Shown in pieces: positions 54,291 through 61,807 of a stretch of DNA of 64,000 bases. The DNA comes from a virus. Below the pieces are notes generated by a model that ran no database searches, was not told the DNA's origin, and was given only the letters and a program-made list of their open reading frames with translations. The position numbers and the translations under genes were made by a program. The DNA lies in the IMG/VR virus record IMGVR_UViG_3300037511_000246, positions 2,550 to 66,549 of that record; one strand, 5' to 3'. The number at the start of each line of letters is the position of its first letter. The first letter of the stretch is position 1.

Positions 54291-54567
54291 TGTCATTCTC
54301 CTGCAGAACTTCCTGAGCCTCGTCCATGATGCCTTCGATCTGATCGTTCTCATCCAGTTCATCCATCGGAACTTCACGCTGCTCTGCGACAAGCTTCGTG
54401 ATGTCGAAGCAGGTTTGGATGAGAGCCTTGGCTGCGCGAAGTTCGTCATCGCTTAGAGGTGTTTGACCTTCGTCGCCGCCACCTTCGAAGATCTCCTCCA
54501 AGGTGCGCTGGCAATCTGCCAAGTCTGAAAGCGTGTTCTGGAATTTGCAATAATTCATGTTACCCAT
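54283..54567 (-). CDS. hypothetical acidic protein
   Basis: Preceded by the conserved 25-nt leader with RBS 'taggagacg'. Confidence 0.45.
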   Translation of the reverse strand: MGNMNYCKFQNTLSDLADCQRTLEEIFEGGGDEGQTPLSDDELRAAKALIQTCFDITKLVAEQREVPMDELDENDQIEGIMDEAQEVLQENDNG

Positions 54568-54592
54568 GATCGTCTCCTATGAGAGGTGATGG
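54568..54592 (-). promoter_or_regulatory. conserved 25-nt 5' leader / RBS element (copy 2 of 3)
   Basis: CCATCACCTCTCATAGGAGACGATC then ATG (minus strand). Confidence 0.5.
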
Positions 54593-54988
54593 TTATTGAA
54601 CAGTTGAACTTTGAATGCGCGCAGACCAGCGCGCGATGTCTGCCTTGCGCCATGTGCGGGCTGCTGGATGCGGCAGCCTGTACACCTTGCAAGCCTTGCC
54701 TACCATGCCGCGCTTGAACGTGGCCTGTGCTACCGCGCCACAGACCAGCACAACGCTAGGCGCAAGGGCGGCAAGGTTCTGCTGTAGCCATGTGGCGTTA
54801 GGCTTACCCTTACCGCTTGCTGCATACACAATGTCTGCGCATGCATTGGTAACGAGAAACTGATTGTGCCCTATCAGCTTGATCAGACGGTTGCCACTGT
54901 GGTTACGAGGGTTGATCCGGAACCACCTAGATGGTCTGTCTCCAGGATAACCCCATTGCACTGCAAGAACTACAACTATGCGGCGCAT
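54593..54988 (-). CDS. uracil-DNA glycosylase superfamily protein (family 4/5-like)
   Basis: 'WGYPGD' (motif A-like), 'FLVTNACADIVY', 'VVLVCGAVAQ', 'RLPHPAAR' (HPS-like C-terminal motif). Confidence 0.45.
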   Translation of the reverse strand: MRRIVVVLAVQWGYPGDRPSRWFRINPRNHSGNRLIKLIGHNQFLVTNACADIVYAASGKGKPNATWLQQNLAALAPSVVLVCGAVAQATFKRGMVGKACKVYRLPHPAARTWRKADIARWSARIQSSTVQ

Positions 54989-55122
54989 AGTACACGCGCC
55001 TGATCTGCAGTGCGCTCGAGAAGCTGCACAACGTCTTCGCGCCCTTCTGCCCGCGCCATATTGAATGCGCGTGTCAGACCAAACGTGCGCACCAGATAAC
55101 CAGCGTAAGATGCAGTGTTCAT
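54976..55122 (-). CDS. possible small protein
   Basis: Internal ATG right after the upstream stop; no RBS. Confidence 0.15.
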   Translation of the reverse strand: MNTASYAGYLVRTFGLTRAFNMARAEGREDVVQLLERTADQARVLCAA

Positions 55123-55123
55123 A

Positions 55124-55375
55124 TTAGCGCGCCCAGTTGATAATGGCGTTAGTACCCTTCTCGTCTCCACCTGAGATGTGGGCGCGAGTTCCCTGTTCAG
55201 CAAACTGAACTTCTACAATGCTCTTGGCAACCCACACTTCCCTGAATGAGACGTTCTCATCGGAGCATGTGGCAGTCAGAATGTTGCCAATGTAGAACAC
55301 TTTCCATCCGAGCGCTAGAAAACCGCGCCTCTTCAATTCTGTGCGCAGAAACTTCGACATTGAGTTCTTATCCAT
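55124..55375 (-). CDS. hypothetical protein
   Basis: Preceded by the conserved 25-nt leader (copy 3). 83 aa. Confidence 0.45.
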   Translation of the reverse strand: MDKNSMSKFLRTELKRRGFLALGWKVFYIGNILTATCSDENVSFREVWVAKSIVEVQFAEQGTRAHISGGDEKGTNAIINWAR

Positions 55376-55400
55376 GATCGTCTCCTATGAGAGGTGATGG
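55376..55400 (-). promoter_or_regulatory. conserved 25-nt 5' leader / RBS element (copy 3 of 3)
   Basis: CCATCACCTCTCATAGGAGACGATC then ATG (minus strand). Confidence 0.5.
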
Positions 55401-55937
55401 TTGTGGAGTCAGGTGCTCCGCGTAACAGCACGCATGCTGCTATGCGGAACACCCGACAGACTTTGCTATTGTCTATCGGGCATTACCGTTGCTTTGTACC
55501 CGGTTGACGCGACGTAGCCGTGCCGTCGAAAGATGCGCTGCTGCGATGAGAGGCCGTCTTGCCAGCTTGGCCGATATGGCGAAGAGCTGATTTGCTAGAC
55601 AGCACACTGGCATCAATCCGCCGTGCTACATGTCGTCTCGTTGATTTCTGCCGGCCTGCGTCCCGGCTGATGCGTTGCTTGCCGCACCACGTACTAACAA
55701 GTTCATACCTTGTTAGTGCTGCCACCGCTTGCGCCGCTTGGAGCGGCCCGGCTCTGTGCGCCGGAGTACCATGCTAGGGTTAGGGTTCAGGAGGCTGGCT
55801 TGCGCCGTGGCCGTTTCAAGAGCGCGGCGCATAACGCCTGACCGCTCGCCTGTACCGCCCTTCGGCTAGCCCTTGCGCATTAGGCTGGTACGTTTGGGCC
55901 TGCGGCCCGCGCCGTGGGTTAGCTAAACCCACACCTT

Positions 55938-55967
55938 ATTATAGGTCCGCAATGCGGGCCGTTGCAA
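55938..55967 (-). promoter_or_regulatory. strong sigma70-like promoter TTGCAA-N18-TATAAT, with CGCAATGCG palindrome in the spacer
   Basis: Minus strand: ccgTTGCAAcggcccgcattgcggaccTATAATaagg. Points toward the ~550-nt ORF-less region and gene 55124..55375. A second, weaker TTGCAACGGCCCACATTGCG copy lies at ~56011-56031. Confidence 0.5.
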
Positions 55968-56119
55968 CGGTACTGCCGCACAGTTTTTCGCAATATAAGG
56001 CATTGCAAAACAATCACTTAGCGCAATGTGGGCCGTTGCAAGGCCCTGCCGGCAGGGCCTAGGCCGTACCGGCCGAGAACCATGCCCTACGGGCCATGCA
56101 CAGATGCGTAGATGCCTAG

Positions 56120-56965
56120 TTAGCTGTCCGCCTTCAGCCGCGACTTGTTCGCCTCTACAAGCGCTTCTATCAGCGCTGGACGCATGCCAGTCGATGCGCA
56201 CACTGCCAGCAATGCTTCAGTATCCTTTGGCAAACACTTGCCATCGAATCCAGGCTTGTGTGCAAACGCTGCAGAGTGAGAGCGCCCATTGCGTGGATCA
56301 TCCAGCCAGCCTTCACGAACTGTGTGATAGCTGGCGCCGAAGTGATTGCAGATGTCGCGCATCTCATTGGCGAACGTCACCTTCAACGCAAAGAACGTGT
56401 TCTCGAAATACTTGACGAGCTCTGCGTCGGTCGACGTCATCTTGCGAAACTTGGTTGATGGCCCTACTATCGGCATCATCATGTCGATGATGTAGTCTGC
56501 AGAGCCTGCACCCTCGGCCATCGGCGACGAGCCGAGAATCACAAAGCCATGTGATATGGGATCATTCGGATTCGGAAACTCTGGTGGTGTCCAGTATCCA
56601 CCTTCGCCGATGTACTCCGGTGAGAACACCAGTGAGCGATTGAACAGCTTCGACAGTCGTGCTGTCGTGCCCGGCTCGATGGTGGACTTGATCATCACTA
56701 GTGAGATGTCGCGCGGCAGCTTCTCGATCTCCTGTTCCACGATGCTTGTGTCGCACCTGCCGTTCGGCAGCATCGGCGTCGGCACGCAGATGATGGCAAG
56801 ATTGCACAGTTTCATGATGTCGCGCTCAACCTGACGTCCCTTGTATGGATCTTGTATGAACGTCTTATACTTGCGATCGAAGAGGCTGGCATAAGCCTGC
56901 CCGACGTAACCGTGGCCTACGACCAGAACCTTGCCGCTCACTTCGCACCTCCACGCTTCGGGCAT
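56120..56965 (-). CDS. UDP-glucose/GDP-mannose 6-dehydrogenase family protein lacking the C-terminal UDP-binding domain
   Basis: N-terminal 'VLVVGHGYVGQ' Rossmann motif and catalytic 'GKCLPKD'. Only 281 aa; ends ~35 aa after the catalytic Cys, followed by ~750 nt without ORFs. Confidence 0.55.
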   Translation of the reverse strand: MPEAWRCEVSGKVLVVGHGYVGQAYASLFDRKYKTFIQDPYKGRQVERDIMKLCNLAIICVPTPMLPNGRCDTSIVEQEIEKLPRDISLVMIKSTIEPGTTARLSKLFNRSLVFSPEYIGEGGYWTPPEFPNPNDPISHGFVILGSSPMAEGAGSADYIIDMMMPIVGPSTKFRKMTSTDAELVKYFENTFFALKVTFANEMRDICNHFGASYHTVREGWLDDPRNGRSHSAAFAHKPGFDGKCLPKDTEALLAVCASTGMRPALIEALVEANKSRLKADS

Positions 56966-57510
56966 GCGCGGTCACGCACGGATTCTGTCATGAGACTGTT
57001 CGCAACAGTGTCGCCGCAATGAACGCAGACGAAGCTGTTGCCATCGTCATCTTCAAGCCAGTCGCACTTCAGCACTGGAGGATCCTTGGCGTCCTTTGGA
57101 TCTGGTGGCAACAGATGCCGGATTCCGGCCTTGACCTTGTCCTTCTGCTTGGACCTGATCTTCCGTGTGTTGTGTACACAGTAGGCCAGCCCCATCTGCA
57201 TCGCATGCTCCATGCTGATGTTGTGAGCTGAACACAGGCCGGCGACGGAGATCATCACGCCTCCGACTTCCTGTGGTACCTCACCAACCGGACGGCCATA
57301 GGTATACTTGACGGCCTTGGCGATTTCCGCTTCTGTGATTCCAGTAGCCTGACAGAGCTCAAGAGTCTCCTCAAGCAGTGCCAATGAGCGTGTCTTGTGA
57401 TCTTCTGCAATCTCCTGTCCGAAGCACTGCTTCATCCAGGCCATCGTCTGTATCTGAAAGTCTCTGATCTTCACTGTACACTCCCTATCGGTTGAGAACG
57501 AATTTGCCAT
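56938..57510 (-). CDS. MazG-like nucleotide pyrophosphohydrolase with C-terminal Cys cluster
   Basis: 'LALLEETLELCQATGITEAE' (EExxE-type all-alpha NTP-PPase motif). C-terminal 'CDWLEDDDGNSFVCVHCGDT'. Confidence 0.45.
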   Translation of the reverse strand: MANSFSTDRECTVKIRDFQIQTMAWMKQCFGQEIAEDHKTRSLALLEETLELCQATGITEAEIAKAVKYTYGRPVGEVPQEVGGVMISVAGLCSAHNISMEHAMQMGLAYCVHNTRKIRSKQKDKVKAGIRHLLPPDPKDAKDPPVLKCDWLEDDDGNSFVCVHCGDTVANSLMTESVRDRACPKRGGAK

Positions 57511-58105
57511 TCACCAGGAAGCCATGCCACTTCGGCGTCTGTATTGATCCAGCGCCAGCGCCGCATGTCTTGCCATTCTTATCGACTGTCAGCATCGGCG
57601 GTTCGCCATGCCGTATCCAGCACTTGTGTTCTGTGTCTTTCTTCATATCGCAATTGCTAGCGCGAGAGTCGATGCACCATTCATGTCCATCAGGGCACAC
57701 TACCATGATGCTTCGGCCATCAGCGCCGACATACTGAGTATCGTGCAGCCACCATGCGTCGTACATCATCCCAGGCACATTGTCGCGCAGCAGATACTCA
57801 CGACCTTTCTTATCCACATAGATCTGATCAACGAACTCCTGCCATGCATCTGAGTCTTGAAAGGCATACCCGCATGCACAGCGCGTCGGCCATCGCGGAT
57901 CTGTCTTTGGATAGCGCTCGAAGACTTCCGGACCACCTTGCGATATGTATGTGCCGGCGGTATGCGGTCGGCGCTCAACTTCCTCGCTGTGTGCATTGTG
58001 GTATCCGCCCACAGAACAGCGAGACTCATCAAAGCCGACGTAACGCCGCAGCCTCACCTTCAGTGTTCCAGACGGCTCGATCCAGAAGCACTTCACATTA
58101 TCCAT
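57485..58105 (-). CDS. hypothetical Cys/His/Trp-rich protein
   Basis: 206 aa. 'CPDGHEWC...CWIRHG...TCGAGAGS...WHGFLVNG'. Confidence 0.35.
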   Translation of the reverse strand: MDNVKCFWIEPSGTLKVRLRRYVGFDESRCSVGGYHNAHSEEVERRPHTAGTYISQGGPEVFERYPKTDPRWPTRCACGYAFQDSDAWQEFVDQIYVDKKGREYLLRDNVPGMMYDAWWLHDTQYVGADGRSIMVVCPDGHEWCIDSRASNCDMKKDTEHKCWIRHGEPPMLTVDKNGKTCGAGAGSIQTPKWHGFLVNGKFVLNR

Positions 58106-58367
58106 TGGAGTCTCTCATCTGCATGTAGTCAATGAAGTTGATGACTGCTGCGTCTTCTTCACGGCTCGAGAGTTGTAGTGTCTCGCTTTTGTCATACGTG
58201 GCGTCTGCCCGCATGTTGATGAAGCCTGCGCTTACCGGCTTGGCTCCACGCACTAGCCTGCAGATCGCCTTGCTCACGTCTTCATGTACGAGCGAATTCG
58301 GAAAGATCACTGGCAGCATCTGAACCATGCCATCATCCATCGACACTTCAATGAAGACGTACTTCAT
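58098..58367 (-). CDS. hypothetical protein
   Basis: 89-aa ORF. Confidence 0.3.
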   Translation of the reverse strand: MKYVFIEVSMDDGMVQMLPVIFPNSLVHEDVSKAICRLVRGAKPVSAGFINMRADATYDKSETLQLSSREEDAAVINFIDYMQMRDSNG

Positions 58368-58433
58368 GGCTTCTGCTTCCAGAACATTCCCAGCAGATAC
58401 GCTATGAAGAACATCAAGTTGCCTACCATCATC
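58365..58433 (-). CDS. possible 22-aa hydrophobic peptide (not in ORF track)
   Basis: 'MMVGNLMFFIAYLLGMFWKQKP'. Its stop overlaps the downstream ATG (ATGA). Confidence 0.2.
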
Positions 58434-58457
58434 AATCCGAAGACTACCTTGTCTTTG

Positions 58458-58742
58458 TCAAGCTGCACGATTGTCCTCCTTAGCCAGTTCGATCTCACCA
58501 TACAAGATGGAGGCTACTGCCCTCACCTCTTTGCGGTTCAGTTCCAGCTTCTTAGCAATGTTGTCCATGTGCGTACATGTCGTCTTCTCTGAGACATCGA
58601 GTAGCTGCGACACTTCCCTGCATCCCATGCCATGTGCCAGCAACCTCATCACTTGAAGTTCTCGAGGCGACAGCAGATGCTCAACACAGATCTTTCCGTC
58701 TTGCGTTGCCTTGCTGGTAATCACGATCACTTCCCTGCCCAT
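58458..58742 (-). CDS. LuxR/GerE-family HTH transcriptional regulator
   Basis: 'LSPRELQVMRLLAHGMGCREVSQLLDVSEKTTCTHMDNIAKKL' is the canonical GerE HTH. Confidence 0.75.
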   Translation of the reverse strand: MGREVIVITSKATQDGKICVEHLLSPRELQVMRLLAHGMGCREVSQLLDVSEKTTCTHMDNIAKKLELNRKEVRAVASILYGEIELAKEDNRAA

Positions 58743-58743
58743 G

Positions 58744-58956
58744 CTACCTCCCTAGCGTAATCGCAGCTCTTACAGCCGCCATAACTGTTCTGTTCGGTTG
58801 TGGATTCTGCGCAGAGTGCGCTTCAAGAGCACGAACGTCGCGCGCATATTGCGCAGCCTCACGCATCGAGCGCTCCACTTGCGTCTCAGTCAGCATCGTA
58901 ACGCCATGTCTGTCATAGACAGCATAGCCCTTGCCTGTCTTCTTAACTTTTGTCAC
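58744..58956 (-). CDS. hypothetical small protein
   Basis: 70-aa ORF. Confidence 0.3.
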   Translation of the reverse strand: MTKVKKTGKGYAVYDRHGVTMLTETQVERSMREAAQYARDVRALEAHSAQNPQPNRTVMAAVRAAITLGR

Positions 58957-59192
58957 TTGACGGACCTCAACACTGGCGCTTCAGGCACCTTGTCCGATGG
59001 CACGCATCCCACAGACTCTATCCCGCCACCATACCAGCGCCGCGTCCTCACTTCCATGCCAGCGACAGTGCAGGCCTCTGCTACGATGACGAGTTGTTCA
59101 TTGGTGACTGTCGGTGATCGACCACATCCAACGATCAGCAATGCTAGTACAATGGCGATCATTGTCTTGATCAGTAGTGTGTAGTTTCTCAT
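58953..59192 (-). CDS. lipoprotein
   Basis: Signal plus lipobox 'ALLIVGCG'. Confidence 0.45.
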   Translation of the reverse strand: MRNYTLLIKTMIAIVLALLIVGCGRSPTVTNEQLVIVAEACTVAGMEVRTRRWYGGGIESVGCVPSDKVPEAPVLRSVK

Positions 59193-59386
59193 TAGAAGTC
59201 CCTATCCTCTTCGATTTCTGGTTCTTTGGCTGTCACATCAAATCGTGGGCCATACCACGGTCCCATCGGAGTACATGTGCATCGAGCGCCACATGATACG
59301 AAGCAGAACTTGTGCCGTACCCATCGTCCATCAGGACCATAGTGACCATCGCGATGCCATTCTGCGATTGTCATGCCGATACCCAT
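59192..59386 (-). CDS. small Cys-rich protein
   Basis: 'CFVSCGARCTC'. Confidence 0.3.
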   Translation of the reverse strand: MGIGMTIAEWHRDGHYGPDGRWVRHKFCFVSCGARCTCTPMGPWYGPRFDVTAKEPEIEEDRDF

Positions 59387-59571
59387 GTGTCTAACAGTAG
59401 CGCAGAATTATCCCTTAGAGCCTTCGCATAGTCATTGATAGCATTCAGTTCATCAATAGTGAACTGTCCATCTGCAATGACTGTCACACTTCCATCAGGG
59501 CACCGTGTGAAGTATACAGTCTCGGACCTGTTCACTTCTGCAATTATCTTCGCCGCGTCTTCGAATGTCAT
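59371..59571 (-). CDS. hypothetical small protein
   Basis: 66-aa ORF. Confidence 0.3.
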   Translation of the reverse strand: MTFEDAAKIIAEVNRSETVYFTRCPDGSVTVIADGQFTIDELNAINDYAKALRDNSALLLDTWVSA

Positions 59572-59762
59572 TTTTTCTTAGCCCTGCTTCTAATGTCAGC
59601 AAGCGCGAACACTGCGAGAATGCCAGCAAAGAATCCCCAAGTGCGCGGCCATGTCCAGTACAGATAGAGCGACACTGCGCACAGCCCTGCCGCTAGCATG
59701 CAGAACAACACCAGCGACAACGCCTCATGCATTATCTTCCTTGAGTTCATGTTAGTCTTCAT
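59568..59762 (-). CDS. small membrane protein
   Basis: Start taken at an internal Met ('MKTNMNSRK...'). C-terminal TM 'LSLVLFCMLAAGLCAVSLYLYW'. Confidence 0.3.
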   Translation of the reverse strand: MKTNMNSRKIMHEALSLVLFCMLAAGLCAVSLYLYWTWPRTWGFFAGILAVFALADIRSRAKKK

Positions 59763-59919
59763 TGTCTGAATCGTCCTTGTCTTCCTTGTCTTCAACGAGA
59801 CTGTCATCCAGCAGGATAGACCCTGTGCCTTCACAGTGTGGGCACGGCTTTCCAGGATCGTCTGGATCGTCACATGTGCCGCAGCACAGATCACACTGTT
59901 CAATGACGCTAGTTACCAC
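59752..59919 (-). CDS. possible 55-aa zinc-ribbon protein (not in ORF track)
   Basis: Strong RBS 'taggagg' 6 nt before GTG. 'CDLCCGTCDD...CPHCEG' and an acidic tail. Confidence 0.3.
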   Translation of the reverse strand: MVTSVIEQCDLCCGTCDDPDDPGKPCPHCEGTGSILLDDSLVEDKEDKDDSDNED

Positions 59920-59974
59920 GACTGCCTCCTATGAAGACGCTCAGTGTTATCCAAGCGTCTTCACGTTGCCTGTA

Positions 59975-60202
59975 TCATCCGAACGAGAATTCGAGGATCT
60001 CGATCGTCTTCAGAACCTCGATGCCATCGATGTCCGCGACTTCGAGGACACGGTAGCCAGCATTTCCAAAGAGATTGCTCACGTTCTCCTTGGTGATGTG
60101 TACCCTGTCCACGTTGATGTTCGCGATGATCTTGTTGTCAGCAGTCTCAAGCGTACCGATGACGTCATCCGGATTGTGCTTTAAAAGCAATGGAACTCTC
60201 AT
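59975..60202 (-). CDS. hypothetical small protein
   Basis: RBS 'gaggag'. 75 aa. Confidence 0.4.
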   Translation of the reverse strand: MRVPLLLKHNPDDVIGTLETADNKIIANINVDRVHITKENVSNLFGNAGYRVLEVADIDGIEVLKTIEILEFSFG

Positions 60203-60450
60203 CTTCGTTTTCTCCTCTTGGCTTCGACCTTATCCATCTTCTGCAATACGATCTGCACGCTGCCATTGGGAAATGATCCTGTAGCAACGCGCTTCGTGTT
60301 CTTGTGGACGACCACATATCTTGCGATGCGTCGACCGTTCCTGTTCAACAGTATGGTCTCGATCTTCATGGCGCTGCATTCGGACATGTTAGAGAATGTA
60401 CGACGCCGCGACAGACGCATGAAGGATGAAAGCCGTGTATCCACGACCAT
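60199..60450 (-). CDS. hypothetical basic protein (start uncertain)
   Basis: ORF only. Confidence 0.25.
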   Translation of the reverse strand: MVVDTRLSSFMRLSRRRTFSNMSECSAMKIETILLNRNGRRIARYVVVHKNTKRVATGSFPNGSVQIVLQKMDKVEAKRRKRR

Positions 60451-60953
60451 GACTTCTCATCAAAGTACGCTGGATCAGGATCACGCTGTCCGCGCTGATG
60501 CATCTGCCAGCGATTCTGTGGTGGGCGCGGAGGACGCTGTCGTTCAATGTTCATGGCATGTTCTCGCAATCGCGGCCGGTGTAAGTAGCGCATCGCATGC
60601 CCTTGCGACTGATAGAAGAACTGAACCCACAGTCTGCGCCACACCAAGAACAGCGGCTATGGCTCCAACGTAGAACGCGTCGACAGTTACCCAACACCCA
60701 TGCAGCAACATCTGCAACTCGGCCCTTGATCTTCCAGCGAATACGTTCTTGTATGATGATGCGACGTCGTGCCATTCTCATCGGTAGTCTCTCCATTCTA
60801 TTTCTATCGGATCAACGACAGTGCCGCCAGTAGTGTCGCCATTCCAGCGTCCCATTCGGATCAGACCATTGCCAGCCTCTGTCACGTATCCAAAGTGATA
60901 TCCGCCGATCCCTTTGAACCGCCACCACACCATCGATCCACTGGAAGGACGGT

Positions 60954-61547
60954 TCATAGCGCGCCCACTGCCAGCTTCTCGCGCAGACCCATCCAAAGTC
61001 TGCCTAGCATGTTCTGGCCCTTCTTATCTGGTCCCCATCCCCAGAAACTGTCGCGCCATGAATTCTCGATGAGAGTGCGCATCCCTGTCTCGAGCAACTT
61101 GCGCCGCACATACTCATGCTGATGAATCTTCAGCACAAGAATCCGCATCATCACGTCCACCTTCTCGTTGTTCCAGTTCGGACGCTGTAGTTCCTTGCGC
61201 CCTTGCGCAAAGGTATAAGCGTCATGCGCGGAACGAGCCATGCGCACAACGCTCTGCGCGCCAGCTCCACCACATACGTCAAAGCGGCTCCAGTGGTAGG
61301 CATGCTCCACAGTGGGAAAGACGATACCCTTGTAGTCCACGGCGAATGCAGAGAAGTTCGACAGGACGTAGAACTCCTGCTCATAGAAGAACACCTGATT
61401 CTCCGTATCCAGTCCATGATGCTTCTCCTGCTCTGTGCGCAGGTTCCATCCAGCCTCGAAAGCCATGCGCCATGCATCAGGTGCATTGCCGCCATCCTGA
61501 TTCCACTTCCGATATGCCTCTTCGACAGCAGTAGTGCTCACGTTCAA
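60954..61547 (-). CDS. NADAR (YbiA/DUF1768) domain protein
   Basis: 'FYVLSNFSAFAVDYKGIVFPTVEHAYHWSRF' and 'ENSWRDSFWGWG...NMLGRLWMGLR' match NADAR. Confidence 0.65.
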   Translation of the reverse strand: MNVSTTAVEEAYRKWNQDGGNAPDAWRMAFEAGWNLRTEQEKHHGLDTENQVFFYEQEFYVLSNFSAFAVDYKGIVFPTVEHAYHWSRFDVCGGAGAQSVVRMARSAHDAYTFAQGRKELQRPNWNNEKVDVMMRILVLKIHQHEYVRRKLLETGMRTLIENSWRDSFWGWGPDKKGQNMLGRLWMGLREKLAVGAL

Positions 61548-61807
61548 TCCTCCCCATTAGCGATCCGCGCCAGTATGTCACCATGACATGCTTTTGGAGC
61601 GCACCAGCAACCGAGTATCTTGCCCTTCAATTCCTTCTTAGCCCGTTTGATGAGCTCCGGCTGTTTCTTCAGCCACTTCTCATACTTCCTGATCGTCTGT
61701 TTGCGATTGCCATCACGATAGATGACAAACGGATTTCCCCAAGGACCTGGACGACCGATATAGACATCGTGCTTCTCACGCTTGCAGTGGACAACACGCT
61801 TGTTCAT
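61544..61807 (-). CDS. DUF4326 domain protein
   Basis: 'YIGRPGPWGNPF...KILGCWCAPKACHGDIL' is the DUF4326 signature. Confidence 0.6.
   Translation of the reverse strand: MNKRVVHCKREKHDVYIGRPGPWGNPFVIYRDGNRKQTIRKYEKWLKKQPELIKRAKKELKGKILGCWCAPKACHGDILARIANGED

Noticed and set aside
55483-56201. ORFs 55483..55725 (-), 55559..55777 (+), 55923..56201 (-), 56026..56415 (+) in the GC-rich island
   Set aside because: They have Arg/Ala/Pro-rich low-complexity translations typical of random frames in GC-rich DNA and carry no RBS. The region is better explained as promoter, leader or non-coding sequence.
60366-60833. Overlapping ORFs 60218..60673 (+), 60366..60647 (-), 60551..60796 (-), 60597..60833 (+)
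   Set aside because: These are mutually overlapping frames with Arg-rich or antisense-like composition and no RBS. The region between 60450 and 60954 may hold one real small gene (60778..60996 is the best candidate), but none could be supported confidently.
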